Origin: Bacilli bacterium
Lineage (GTDB): Bacteria; Bacillota_I; Bacilli_A; RFN20; CAG-826
Assembly (NCBI GenBank): GCA_017940265.1
Contig: JAGAYY010000031.1
Span: forward strand, 9,151 to 73,150
Length of the DNA stretch: 64,000 bases
Direction of reading: 5' to 3'
Part shown: positions 55,125 through 62,896 of the stretch, one piece after another
Layout: each line of letters begins with the position of its first letter
Position numbering within the stretch: position 1 is the first letter of the stretch
Notes under the pieces: generated by a model
What the model saw: the letters and a program-made list of their open reading frames with translations, nothing else
Databases searched by the model: none
What the model was told of the DNA's origin: nothing
Program-made: the position numbers and the translations under genes

Positions 55125-55721
55125 CTATGGTCTTGGATTATATGAATATAAAGCTGTGACATTAAGCGAATTAAAAGAAGCAGGATTACTACCATAGAGC
55201 TTAGTGTCCGCTTCAGCGGTCTTCATAAAAGATTCTAAGGAAACAAAGGTTCCATCTTCATTGATAACATATTCTGCACTAACCATTGTGTAACCTTTAA
55301 ACTCTTCTGTTGGAACAAGATCTTTCTTTTCAGCATCACCAGGAACAGGCAATACGAGATATTCCACTATTCTAGCTTCATAAAGATTCATTGAAGTGAC
55401 TGACATATTATTTGTGTCGATTCTAGAAGGATAAGTTTGATATTCCAAATAATCACCTGTGTAATTAATTTCTAATTGATCACCTGCAACGATATTATTG
55501 ATACCAAAATCACTAAGCTTAAAAGGAATAAGCGCTGTGCCAAATAACAAAGTGACATGCTCTTGCACATGTAAACCATAGTCAGGAGTAATCATTCTTG
55601 AAATCATATAATTCCCTGTTTCATGAACCTCTGTTCTAGAAATAGGCAAAAAAGAGCACGCTGAGATTGATAGAGCGATTAACGGTAAACCAATGTTAAC
55701 TAATAATTTATTTGTCTTCAT
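55125..55721 (-). CDS. Lipoprotein, paralogous to the N-terminal domain of ORF 62897..64000
   Basis: Lipobox LIALSISAC. Shared blocks with the paralog include DYGLHVQ..TLLFG..IPF, AGD..E..Y.G, TYP and YG.NPAS.NSL.V.A.YSYNP. Confidence 0.75.
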   Translation of the reverse strand: MKTNKLLVNIGLPLIALSISACSFLPISRTEVHETGNYMISRMITPDYGLHVQEHVTLLFGTALIPFKLSDFGINNIVAGDQLEINYTGDYLEYQTYPSRIDTNNMSVTSMNLYEARIVEYLVLPVPGDAEKKDLVPTEEFKGYTMVSAEYVINEDGTFVSLESFMKTAEADTKLYGSNPASFNSLNVTALYSYNPRP

Positions 55722-55888
55722 AATTTTCTCTTTCATTATACAAGACGAATCAATTATCGAAAACTGCTAAAAAAATAGACAGATTTGAATACAAAAATAT
55801 GCCAAAAATACGATTTTATCGATAATTTCGATATTTATTGCTAAACATATTGTTTTTTTCCTAAAATAGTAAGCGAGGTAATTAGAAT

Positions 55889-56251
55889 ATGGAAACAATT
55901 AATGGTTATTCTGTTAATGATAAAAGCAGATTACAAGCTGAAATTGAACAATTCAGAAGAAAAAGAAACACATCTCTTGGTGTTGGTATCTCATTGAGCG
56001 TTATCGCGATTATCGGGATCATCGTTGTTGCAGCAATGTTAGTGAATCAAATGTATGAATACGCTCAAAGTCATGGTTCAGTTAGTGAAAGTGAACTTTA
56101 TTCTGCCTTTATGGGCCAAATCGCTCTTATCTATTTGTTCAGTTTTGTGGAAACCGCTGATAATATCATCGCTTTAGCGGGTGGCATTTCTAACCATGTT
56201 AAAATGGCCAACAGAAGAAGAACATTAGAAAGATTAAGAAACCTTGAATAA
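55889..56251 (+). CDS. Small two-TM membrane protein
   Basis: 120 aa with two hydrophobic helices and a basic C-terminal tail. No motif is recognisable. Confidence 0.5.
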   Translation: METINGYSVNDKSRLQAEIEQFRRKRNTSLGVGISLSVIAIIGIIVVAAMLVNQMYEYAQSHGSVSESELYSAFMGQIALIYLFSFVETADNIIALAGGISNHVKMANRRRTLERLRNLE

Positions 56252-56274
56252 TCTCGATTAATTCAAACAAAATT

Positions 56275-56300
56275 AAAGCCACATTGCTGTGGCTTTTTTG
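56275..56300. terminator. Bidirectional terminator between convergent genes
   Basis: AAAGCCACA-ttgc-TGTGGCTTT hairpin with T-runs on both strands. Confidence 0.75.
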
Positions 56301-56305
56301 TTTGT

Positions 56306-58129
56306 TTATTTTTTGCTTTTCTTATAAGCTTTCGCGCCTTTTTTCGCCGCTTTTAGCATCTTCTTTTTGGTCTTCTTACTACTGCTAACAAAGACAATAA
56401 TTAAGATGATTAAGAGTAAACCACCACCGATAATCGCAATATAGAATATATATTGTGGAATAGGTGCTTTAGCGATATTAATCTTATAAGAAGTAGAGAT
56501 ATCCTTATAAGTAACGGTGACTGTTTGTTCACCTTCTTTAGACATATCAGGTTTACTAATAGTAAAGCCAGTTGTACTCTCTTCGCTTGTACCGTTTTTA
56601 TAATTGACTTTAACTTTTAATCCCTCAGTGGAGAATTCTTCTCCCACTTTGAATTCTGTCTTCATACCGGAAACAGAAATGCTTTCAATAATTAAGTCAC
56701 TAACGGTAACACTGATTGTTTTATTAATTAAGTCACCACCAGTATAGGCTGAAGCACGGATTGTAGTTGTGCCGTTTTTTAAAGCAGTAATCGTGACTTC
56801 TTCATCATTAACAGTGCTAGTTTTATCGATGGAAACTACACTATTATCGTCGACTGACCAAGCGATATCTGCATCAGCGTTCTTACCTGAAACTTTAATG
56901 GTTTCACCCACTGAGAATTTGATATCTTCGATGGATACTTCAAATGTATCACCAGCTTGACCAATCACATCAGTGGCAGGCTTTGCCGCACCTTTAGGTG
57001 TGGAGTTATAACCTGTACCATCATAATTAGCGGTACCCCAGATATATTCCGCCCATTCTGGGAAATCGATAAATGGGTTTCTATTATTTGTGTAGTTTTT
57101 ATAAAGAAGATTATTTCTATGGACTTCGTATTCATCAACTGGATCGAGTTTATTCCAGGCCAATAAGTCACTTAATAAGCCCATGCCGAATGATTTAGAG
57201 GCGGTACTTGTACCGGTTGTATTGTTTTGTGAAAAATCATTAAGCATCACAAGATTTGGATTATTGCCATCAATACCTTCGGTTGCACCTGCGTAGTTGT
57301 TATATCTAGCGACCATATAGAAGATAGCTCTAGCAATATCACCTTTATCACTATCTTGTGGTTCGAATACTTTTTCATTACCACCAGCATTTTTAGAATA
57401 ACCAGTTAGGTTACCATAAGCTGTTTGGTACTTCGTACCAGCATCACTATAATCTTTTGTCTTATCAACAAAAGCAAAGAAATTGTTGCTATGTTCATGG
57501 TTAGCCCAACCATTACCGGCCCATAAGTGCATTGGGTCACCTCTTGCACCACCTGTACCATCACTACCTTTAGTGTCAAAGCCATGTGATTTCGCCCAGA
57601 TATGTTCTTGGTTGATACCCCAACCATCTTGTTCATGGTTACCCCAGGCTTTTGCTTGGTTATCTAAATCTCTATTGTTATATAGAGCATGGACATATGG
57701 GTTATTACCACTTTGATAAGTGGAATTAGTGCTATATTGATAGCCAGTAATTGTATTTGTGCTAGGATCATATGTTCCTTTTGTTATCGAACTAGCAGGA
57801 GATTTCTCCCAGTCACGATCAGCAATCTCATAAATCTGCCAGATTTTGGTATTACTATCGTAACTATAGTACTTTTGATTGTTTGATAAGATTGGCTTTA
57901 AATTCTTAAGGAGGTTTGTGCCTTTTCTTTCAGATTCACTAAGTGAATCAAGACCAGCATAATAACTTCTGATTTCAGCATCAGTGCAATCATTTAAGTC
58001 AATCGTGGTTGGTAAATTAGCGATAGAATAAGCACTTACTTCTTGATAGTTCTTGTTTTGAAAAACAACAATAGCGCTAGCAAGAGATAAAACAGATACC
58101 GCTAAAGCGGGTATGATAAACTTCTTCAT
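56306..58129 (-). CDS. Surface-anchored endonuclease-I-family nuclease with Ig-like (Big_2) repeats
   Basis: Signal peptide MKKFIIPALAVSVLSLASA. Endonuclease I blocks are present (NQEHIWAKSHGF, GDPMHLWAG, KGDIARAIFYMVARY, NRNPFIDFPEWAEYIWG). Two Ig-like repeats follow, then a C-terminal TM helix and a K-rich tail. Confidence 0.8.
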   Translation of the reverse strand: MKKFIIPALAVSVLSLASAIVVFQNKNYQEVSAYSIANLPTTIDLNDCTDAEIRSYYAGLDSLSESERKGTNLLKNLKPILSNNQKYYSYDSNTKIWQIYEIADRDWEKSPASSITKGTYDPSTNTITGYQYSTNSTYQSGNNPYVHALYNNRDLDNQAKAWGNHEQDGWGINQEHIWAKSHGFDTKGSDGTGGARGDPMHLWAGNGWANHEHSNNFFAFVDKTKDYSDAGTKYQTAYGNLTGYSKNAGGNEKVFEPQDSDKGDIARAIFYMVARYNNYAGATEGIDGNNPNLVMLNDFSQNNTTGTSTASKSFGMGLLSDLLAWNKLDPVDEYEVHRNNLLYKNYTNNRNPFIDFPEWAEYIWGTANYDGTGYNSTPKGAAKPATDVIGQAGDTFEVSIEDIKFSVGETIKVSGKNADADIAWSVDDNSVVSIDKTSTVNDEEVTITALKNGTTTIRASAYTGGDLINKTISVTVSDLIIESISVSGMKTEFKVGEEFSTEGLKVKVNYKNGTSEESTTGFTISKPDMSKEGEQTVTVTYKDISTSYKINIAKAPIPQYIFYIAIIGGGLLLIILIIVFVSSSKKTKKKMLKAAKKGAKAYKKSKK

Positions 58130-58198
58130 AGTATACCTCCATGAATTTAATGTCATTTTTATTGTCGCATAAAACTATGCTTATAAGCACCACTTTTT

Positions 58199-58230
58199 TA
58201 AAAAAGAAAACCTCGTTTGTGACGAGGTCT
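58199..58230 (-). terminator. Terminator after lipoprotein 58239..58772
   Basis: GACCTCGT-cacaa-ACGAGGT hairpin followed by TTTCTTTTTT on the minus strand. Confidence 0.75.
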
Positions 58231-58238
58231 TCACTTAA

Positions 58239-58772
58239 TTATTTTGAATATTTGTAAGTTGTGGAATTTTTCGTTCCGCTACCATCTTCGTTGGTTTGAG
58301 AAACCATTAAGCCTTTGTTGTTAAATTTGATTTCACTGATATTGGTCATACCTTCCATTTCAATTGTGACGTTGATGACATAGGATGTTCCACCCATACC
58401 ACTAGTAAGACCAAATTGGCAAACATCATCAACTTCTAATGACGGATCAATAAGTTTAATAGTGGTTGGTAAGGTTTTGAGATAAGATGGGAGATCAAGA
58501 GTGATGACATCTGAAAATTCTACTTCTGTGCCGTCAATCTCTTCCGTGTGTTTACCTCTCCAAACTTTTTCTTCCTGGCTATAAGTGTATTCGATGGTTT
58601 GCTTTTCTCCATCTTCCTCAGTTGTAGCGGTTACTTTGGTGTAATCCCAAGAAAATTCAGTTTCTGCGATTTTCGCTTTATAACCTTCGTAGTCAAAATA
58701 GATTGTTGCACTACAAGCGGTCAAAGAAAAAGCGCAAAGTGAAACAAAAGAAAATAAAAAATGTTTTTTCAT
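58239..58772 (-). CDS. Lipoprotein of unknown function
   Basis: Signal peptide plus lipobox MKKHFLFSFVSLCAFSLTAC. 177 aa. Confidence 0.7.
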   Translation of the reverse strand: MKKHFLFSFVSLCAFSLTACSATIYFDYEGYKAKIAETEFSWDYTKVTATTEEDGEKQTIEYTYSQEEKVWRGKHTEEIDGTEVEFSDVITLDLPSYLKTLPTTIKLIDPSLEVDDVCQFGLTSGMGGTSYVINVTIEMEGMTNISEIKFNNKGLMVSQTNEDGSGTKNSTTYKYSK

Positions 58773-58820
58773 AAAATGTATGAGTCCCCTTTTTGTGCTT
58801 TTATTATATCGCTTTTTTAC

Positions 58821-58853
58821 AAAAAAGGAAAGCCACTTAAACGGTGGCTTCCC
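58821..58853 (-). terminator. Terminator of clpB
   Basis: GGAAGCCAC-cgtttaa-GTGGCTTTCC hairpin followed by TTTTTTG on the minus strand. Confidence 0.8.
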
Positions 58854-58858
58854 TAAAA

Positions 58859-60973
58859 TTAAACTCGTTTAACTATGACTTCTTGGCCGTTATAATCAAC
58901 TGAGTATTTGTGTTTGGTATCAACCTCTTGTGAAATAATCTTATTCGCAATAATGGTCTCCACTTTATTCTGGATGAATCTTTTAATCGGTCTTGCACCA
59001 TAGATTGGTGAATAAGCACTATCAAGGATCCAACTCTTTAAAGCATCAGAGAATTCAAACGAATAATAAGATTCTTTTAATCTATCATTGAGATTGTTAA
59101 GCATCTTATCAACAATCTTAGATTGAGTCTCTTTAGATAATGGGGAGAAGTACACTATTTCATCGATACGATTTAAGAACTCAGGCTTAAAGGTTTGATG
59201 TAATAATCCTTCTACTTTATCTCTTTCATTATTGAGGAGATATTCACTACCTAAATTACTAGTCATGATGATAATCGTATTCTTGAAGTCCACGACTCTT
59301 CCTTGACTATCGGTAAGTCTCCCATCATCTAACATTTGTAGTAACAAATTAAAGACTTCGGGATGAGCTTTTTCGATTTCATCGAATAAGACGATAGAAT
59401 AAGGATTTCTTCTCACTTTCTCCGTGAGTTGTCCGCCTTCTTCATATCCGACATATCCTGGAGGGGCACCAATAAGACGAGAAGTGCTATATTTCTCCAT
59501 ATATTCACTCATATCGATACGGATGATATGACTCTCCGAATCGAACAAGGATTCCGCCAAAGCACGAGCGACTTCGGTTTTACCCACACCAGTAGGACCT
59601 AAGAACAAGAAACTACCGATTGGTCGATTGCTATCTTTAATCCCCGCTCTCTGACGGAGAATCGCATCGCTAACTAAAGTTAAAGCTTCTTCTTGACCGA
59701 TTACTCTCTTCGATAAAGTCTTCTTTAAATCGAGAACTTTCTCTCTATCGCCTTTTTCAATCTTGCTGAGAGGGATGTTGGTCATACGAGAGATAATCTT
59801 CGCGATTTGTTCTTCATCCACGACTTCGGATAAGAGTTTATTCTCGCTTTGAGAATTATCGTTCTCTTTTAATTTCTTCTCTAATTCTGGGATGGTCTTA
59901 TATTGTAATTCACCCGCTTTTTCGTATTCGGAACGACTTAAAGCGACATCCAAATCAAACTTCGCTTTTTCGAGTTTCTCTTTAATGTCTTTAACTTTGA
60001 GAATTTCATCTTTCTCTTGTTTCCATCTCTTCTTGAGTTCGTTATCTTTCTCATTAAGAGAAGAGAGTTCTTTTTCGACATCCGCGAGTCTCTTCTTGCT
60101 CGCTTCATCACTCTCCTTCTTTAAAGCAGCCTTTTCAATCTCTAATTGCCTAATCTTTCTCTCTAATTCATCGAGCTCACTAGGCATAGAGGCAAGTTCC
60201 ACTTTGATGGAAGCACAAGCTTCATCCACTAAGTCGATAGCTTTATCAGGAAGGAAACGAGATGTTAAATAACGATTGGATAAACTTGCCGCGGCAATTA
60301 AAGCATTATCGGTAATCTTCACGCCATGGAATGATTCGAACCTATTCTTTAATCCTCTTAATATAGAAATAGTATCTTCCACAGTCGGTTCATTGATAAG
60401 TACGGGTTGGAATCGTCTTTCTAGAGCGCGGTCCTTTTCAATATATTCACGATATTCTTTTAATGTCGTCGCCCCAATACAATCGATTTCTCCTCTCGCA
60501 AGCATCGGTTTGAGCATGTTAGAAGCATCGAGGGCACCATCCGCTCGGCCAGCGCCGACAATGAGGTGGATCTCATCGATAAAGAGAATGATTTTGCCTT
60601 CGCTTTCCTTAATTTTATTAAGGACTGCTTTTAATCTCTCTTCAAATTCACCACGGTATTTTGCACCCGCTACTAATGCGCCCATATCTAATTCATAAAT
60701 AGTTTTATCCTTAAGTATGGTCGGCACATCATCTTTGACAATACGTTCCGCAAGACCTTCAAGTATTGCGGTTTTACCAACGCCAGGTTCACCTAAAAGA
60801 ATGACGTTGTTTTTAGTTTTTCTGGCTAATATTTCAATGATTTTTCTAATTTCCTCATCACGACCGATGACGGGATCAATTTTCCCTTTCTTAACTTCTT
60901 CGTTAATGTTACGGCCAAATTTTTGAAGGACATCTTTATCATTTTCATAGTCAGGCATTTGTTCCATTTGCAT
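58859..60973 (-). CDS. clpB: Chaperone disaggregase ClpB (lacks the N-terminal domain)
   Basis: Two AAA+ modules ([18 protein letters not shown]) with a long coiled-coil M-domain between them. The protein starts just before [15 protein letters not shown], giving 704 aa rather than about 860. Confidence 0.95.
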   Translation of the reverse strand: MQMEQMPDYENDKDVLQKFGRNINEEVKKGKIDPVIGRDEEIRKIIEILARKTKNNVILLGEPGVGKTAILEGLAERIVKDDVPTILKDKTIYELDMGALVAGAKYRGEFEERLKAVLNKIKESEGKIILFIDEIHLIVGAGRADGALDASNMLKPMLARGEIDCIGATTLKEYREYIEKDRALERRFQPVLINEPTVEDTISILRGLKNRFESFHGVKITDNALIAAASLSNRYLTSRFLPDKAIDLVDEACASIKVELASMPSELDELERKIRQLEIEKAALKKESDEASKKRLADVEKELSSLNEKDNELKKRWKQEKDEILKVKDIKEKLEKAKFDLDVALSRSEYEKAGELQYKTIPELEKKLKENDNSQSENKLLSEVVDEEQIAKIISRMTNIPLSKIEKGDREKVLDLKKTLSKRVIGQEEALTLVSDAILRQRAGIKDSNRPIGSFLFLGPTGVGKTEVARALAESLFDSESHIIRIDMSEYMEKYSTSRLIGAPPGYVGYEEGGQLTEKVRRNPYSIVLFDEIEKAHPEVFNLLLQMLDDGRLTDSQGRVVDFKNTIIIMTSNLGSEYLLNNERDKVEGLLHQTFKPEFLNRIDEIVYFSPLSKETQSKIVDKMLNNLNDRLKESYYSFEFSDALKSWILDSAYSPIYGARPIKRFIQNKVETIIANKIISQEVDTKHKYSVDYNGQEVIVKRV

Positions 60974-61012
60974 AAATTTATCCTCCTTTTATAACTCTAT
61001 TGTAGCACAAAA

Positions 61013-61039
61013 TTAGCACTCGGCAAGTGAGAGTGCTAA
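61013..61039. promoter_or_regulatory. CIRCE operator (HrcA binding site) over the clpB promoter
   Basis: TTAGCACTC-N9-GAGTGCTAA is a perfect consensus inverted repeat. An extended -10 (TGCTACAAT) lies 4 nt downstream on the minus strand, followed by the SD AAGGAGG. Confidence 0.9.
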
Positions 61040-61398
61040 AAATTATATTAATAACTTGTTATTACTTTTTTGTATTTTATCTCGAAAACACCCTTTTTAT
61101 GCTCAAAAGCTTTGTTTTTGTATAAATGAAAGGTACCCCAAATCCTAGACATTAGGAAAGGGATACTTTTTCTATGAAATATTGACCTATAACTTAAATG
61201 ACAGCTTTTATGATAAGCTTCATATTTTTGTCCTCGACTACATTATTTATTAATTCCCAATTTTAAGATATTTTTGATTTTGGGAAGTATAACTACATTT
61301 CTTTTTATTCATAAAAAGATTTATATTGAAAAATAAAATCCCCGATTAGTATCAGGGATTATATACGATTGTGGAAAGGTTTACCCATTTTGATACAA

Positions 61399-61451
61399 TG
61401 CGTACCCCTTAGCAAATTTGCATACCCCTAGGTGTTTTTTGCATACCCCTA
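61399..61451 (+). repeat. Three phased direct repeats TGCRTACCCCTW
   Basis: TGCGTACCCCTT at 61399, TGCATACCCCTA at 61419 and TGCATACCCCTA at 61440. The spacing is 20 and 21 bp. Confidence 0.7.
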
Positions 61452-61502
61452 TTATTAGGGCAAAATTGGGCATTTTGTGTTAAACACAGGAAATGCAGAG
61501 TC

Positions 61503-61563
61503 TGCGTATACAGTCTCATTTGGTGAGTACCACGAGATTCGAACCTTTTTGACTTATTTGTCA
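61503..61563 (-). repeat. tRNA-3'-end-like repeat, copy 1 (att-like)
   Basis: The minus strand reads GGTTCGAATCTCGTGGTACTCACCA, which is a T-loop, T-stem 3' strand, acceptor 3' strand and CCA. There is no matching 5' half. About 60 nt are shared with 62802-62862. Confidence 0.55.
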
Positions 61564-61598
61564 GATAAACAAAAACGTGTCTTAAATTTGCTGTTTGC

Positions 61599-62105
61599 TC
61601 ATTGTTTGAATTCATTTTTCTTTTTATTAAGCCATTTAAAAACTTTAGGTAGTTTAGAATTTATTTCGTTACAAACTTCTTCATATATACCTTCGTGGAA
61701 CGATTTCACTTTTATGTGGAACAACGGTTTTTTAAAATCAGCTGCTTTATCTTTGCTAACGCCATAATATCCCAATGATCCACAATAATAAGTATCGGTA
61801 TAGAAGAATAATTTGTGTTTACCTTTTAATAAATACCAGTCGTCACAATCACTTGGAGTTATTTCGTCAATCTTGCCGTTAAAAAGTCGGAGAACATTGC
61901 TTTCTTTTTCGCTTCTATTCAAGCGAACATAAGATGCTTCCACAGTAATTGCGTTTCCTCCTTTAGCTGGGCCAATATAAATTAAATTCAAAAAGTCTCC
62001 TTCTTGTTTATAGAACATGGGATATTTATTATCAAATCCAATGTCTACGAGTTTTGGAACCACTATTTCAAATAATGCTTTTTTAATCAATTGATTTTGT
62101 TTCAT
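61599..62105 (-). CDS. Cytoplasmic protein resembling DUF4304-type immunity proteins
   Basis: The N-terminus (KKALFEIVVPKLVDIGFDNKYPMFYKQEGDFLNLIYI), the size and the absence of a signal peptide fit the DUF4304 pattern. The track start is TTG, so I used ATG 62105. Confidence 0.5.
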   Translation of the reverse strand: MKQNQLIKKALFEIVVPKLVDIGFDNKYPMFYKQEGDFLNLIYIGPAKGGNAITVEASYVRLNRSEKESNVLRLFNGKIDEITPSDCDDWYLLKGKHKLFFYTDTYYCGSLGYYGVSKDKAADFKKPLFHIKVKSFHEGIYEEVCNEINSKLPKVFKWLNKKKNEFKQ

Positions 62106-62197
62106 TTTTTTCAATTCTTTCTAACAACTCTCTAATACAATTAAAAGAAAAATCTAAAAGTGAAATTGAACTAAGAACAATATTTTCTACTAACATA

Positions 62198-62680
62198 CTA
62201 GTTAAGATGATCTCCAATAAGTTTCTTATGAGATGCAAATAAATCTAAGAAGTCCTTCTTCCGAGTTATAGTTATAACGACTATGTTTTTCATTCTTTTT
62301 TCTTCACATTCAGAAAGGTAAGACCTAAAAGAATATGACTTATCTAAGTAACCATCCATGTTTATTACAACAAAATTGTTATTTTCGAATCTGCTTTTAA
62401 AAACCTGCTTTATGTCATCTTTACGTATAACGATTTCTTTGCTATTCTTTGACTTTTTATAAATAATTGTTTCATCATCATACTCAATGATATCAAGACC
62501 AAAGAAAAATAAGGAAAAGAGAGACATGCCTATTCCAATCAATGTGAAAAATATTACCGTCCATTCCAGCAAAACAGCCACAATGATGCAGGGAGTTGAT
62601 ATAAAACCGCCAATAACAATAAATGATATGCCTATTCTGATTTGTCCATGAATTACCCTTTTTTTAGCATTATTTTCCAT
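62198..62680 (-). CDS. Two-TM membrane protein with a small cytoplasmic beta-domain
   Basis: 160 aa with two adjacent hydrophobic helices and then a domain of about 90 aa (IIYKKSKNSKEIVIRKDDIKQVF...). It is preceded by TATAAT-N6-ATG. Confidence 0.5.
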   Translation of the reverse strand: MENNAKKRVIHGQIRIGISFIVIGGFISTPCIIVAVLLEWTVIFFTLIGIGMSLFSLFFFGLDIIEYDDETIIYKKSKNSKEIVIRKDDIKQVFKSRFENNNFVVINMDGYLDKSYSFRSYLSECEEKRMKNIVVITITRKKDFLDLFASHKKLIGDHLN

Positions 62681-62801
62681 ACCAACATTATATATGAAAA
62701 AAGTTGCTATTTCCTAGCAACTCTCTTCTTATTTTATTGCACTTTCTTAAGATAAGGAGTGAGGTCTGAATCCGAAACACTCATCATCTATATAATAAGG
62801 G

Positions 62802-62862
62802 TGCATATACAGTCTCATTTGCTGAGTACCACAAGATTCGAACATTTTTGTTATTTTTGTTA
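62802..62862 (-). repeat. tRNA-3'-end-like repeat, copy 2 (more degenerate)
   Basis: The minus strand reads TGTTCGAATCTTGTGGTACTCAGCA plus shared flanks (AAATGAGACTGTATA). By eye it is roughly 85-90% identical to copy 1. Confidence 0.5.
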
Positions 62863-62896
62863 CACACTTGAAGTTAAAAGATGGGATAATTATAAA

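Noticed and set aside
61409-61767. ORFs 61409..61615 (minus) and 61477..61767 (plus) in the clpB-distal spacer.
   Set aside because: They run through the direct repeats and the tRNA-like fragment. They have no SD, their composition is odd, and one overlaps the better-supported 61599..62105 gene.
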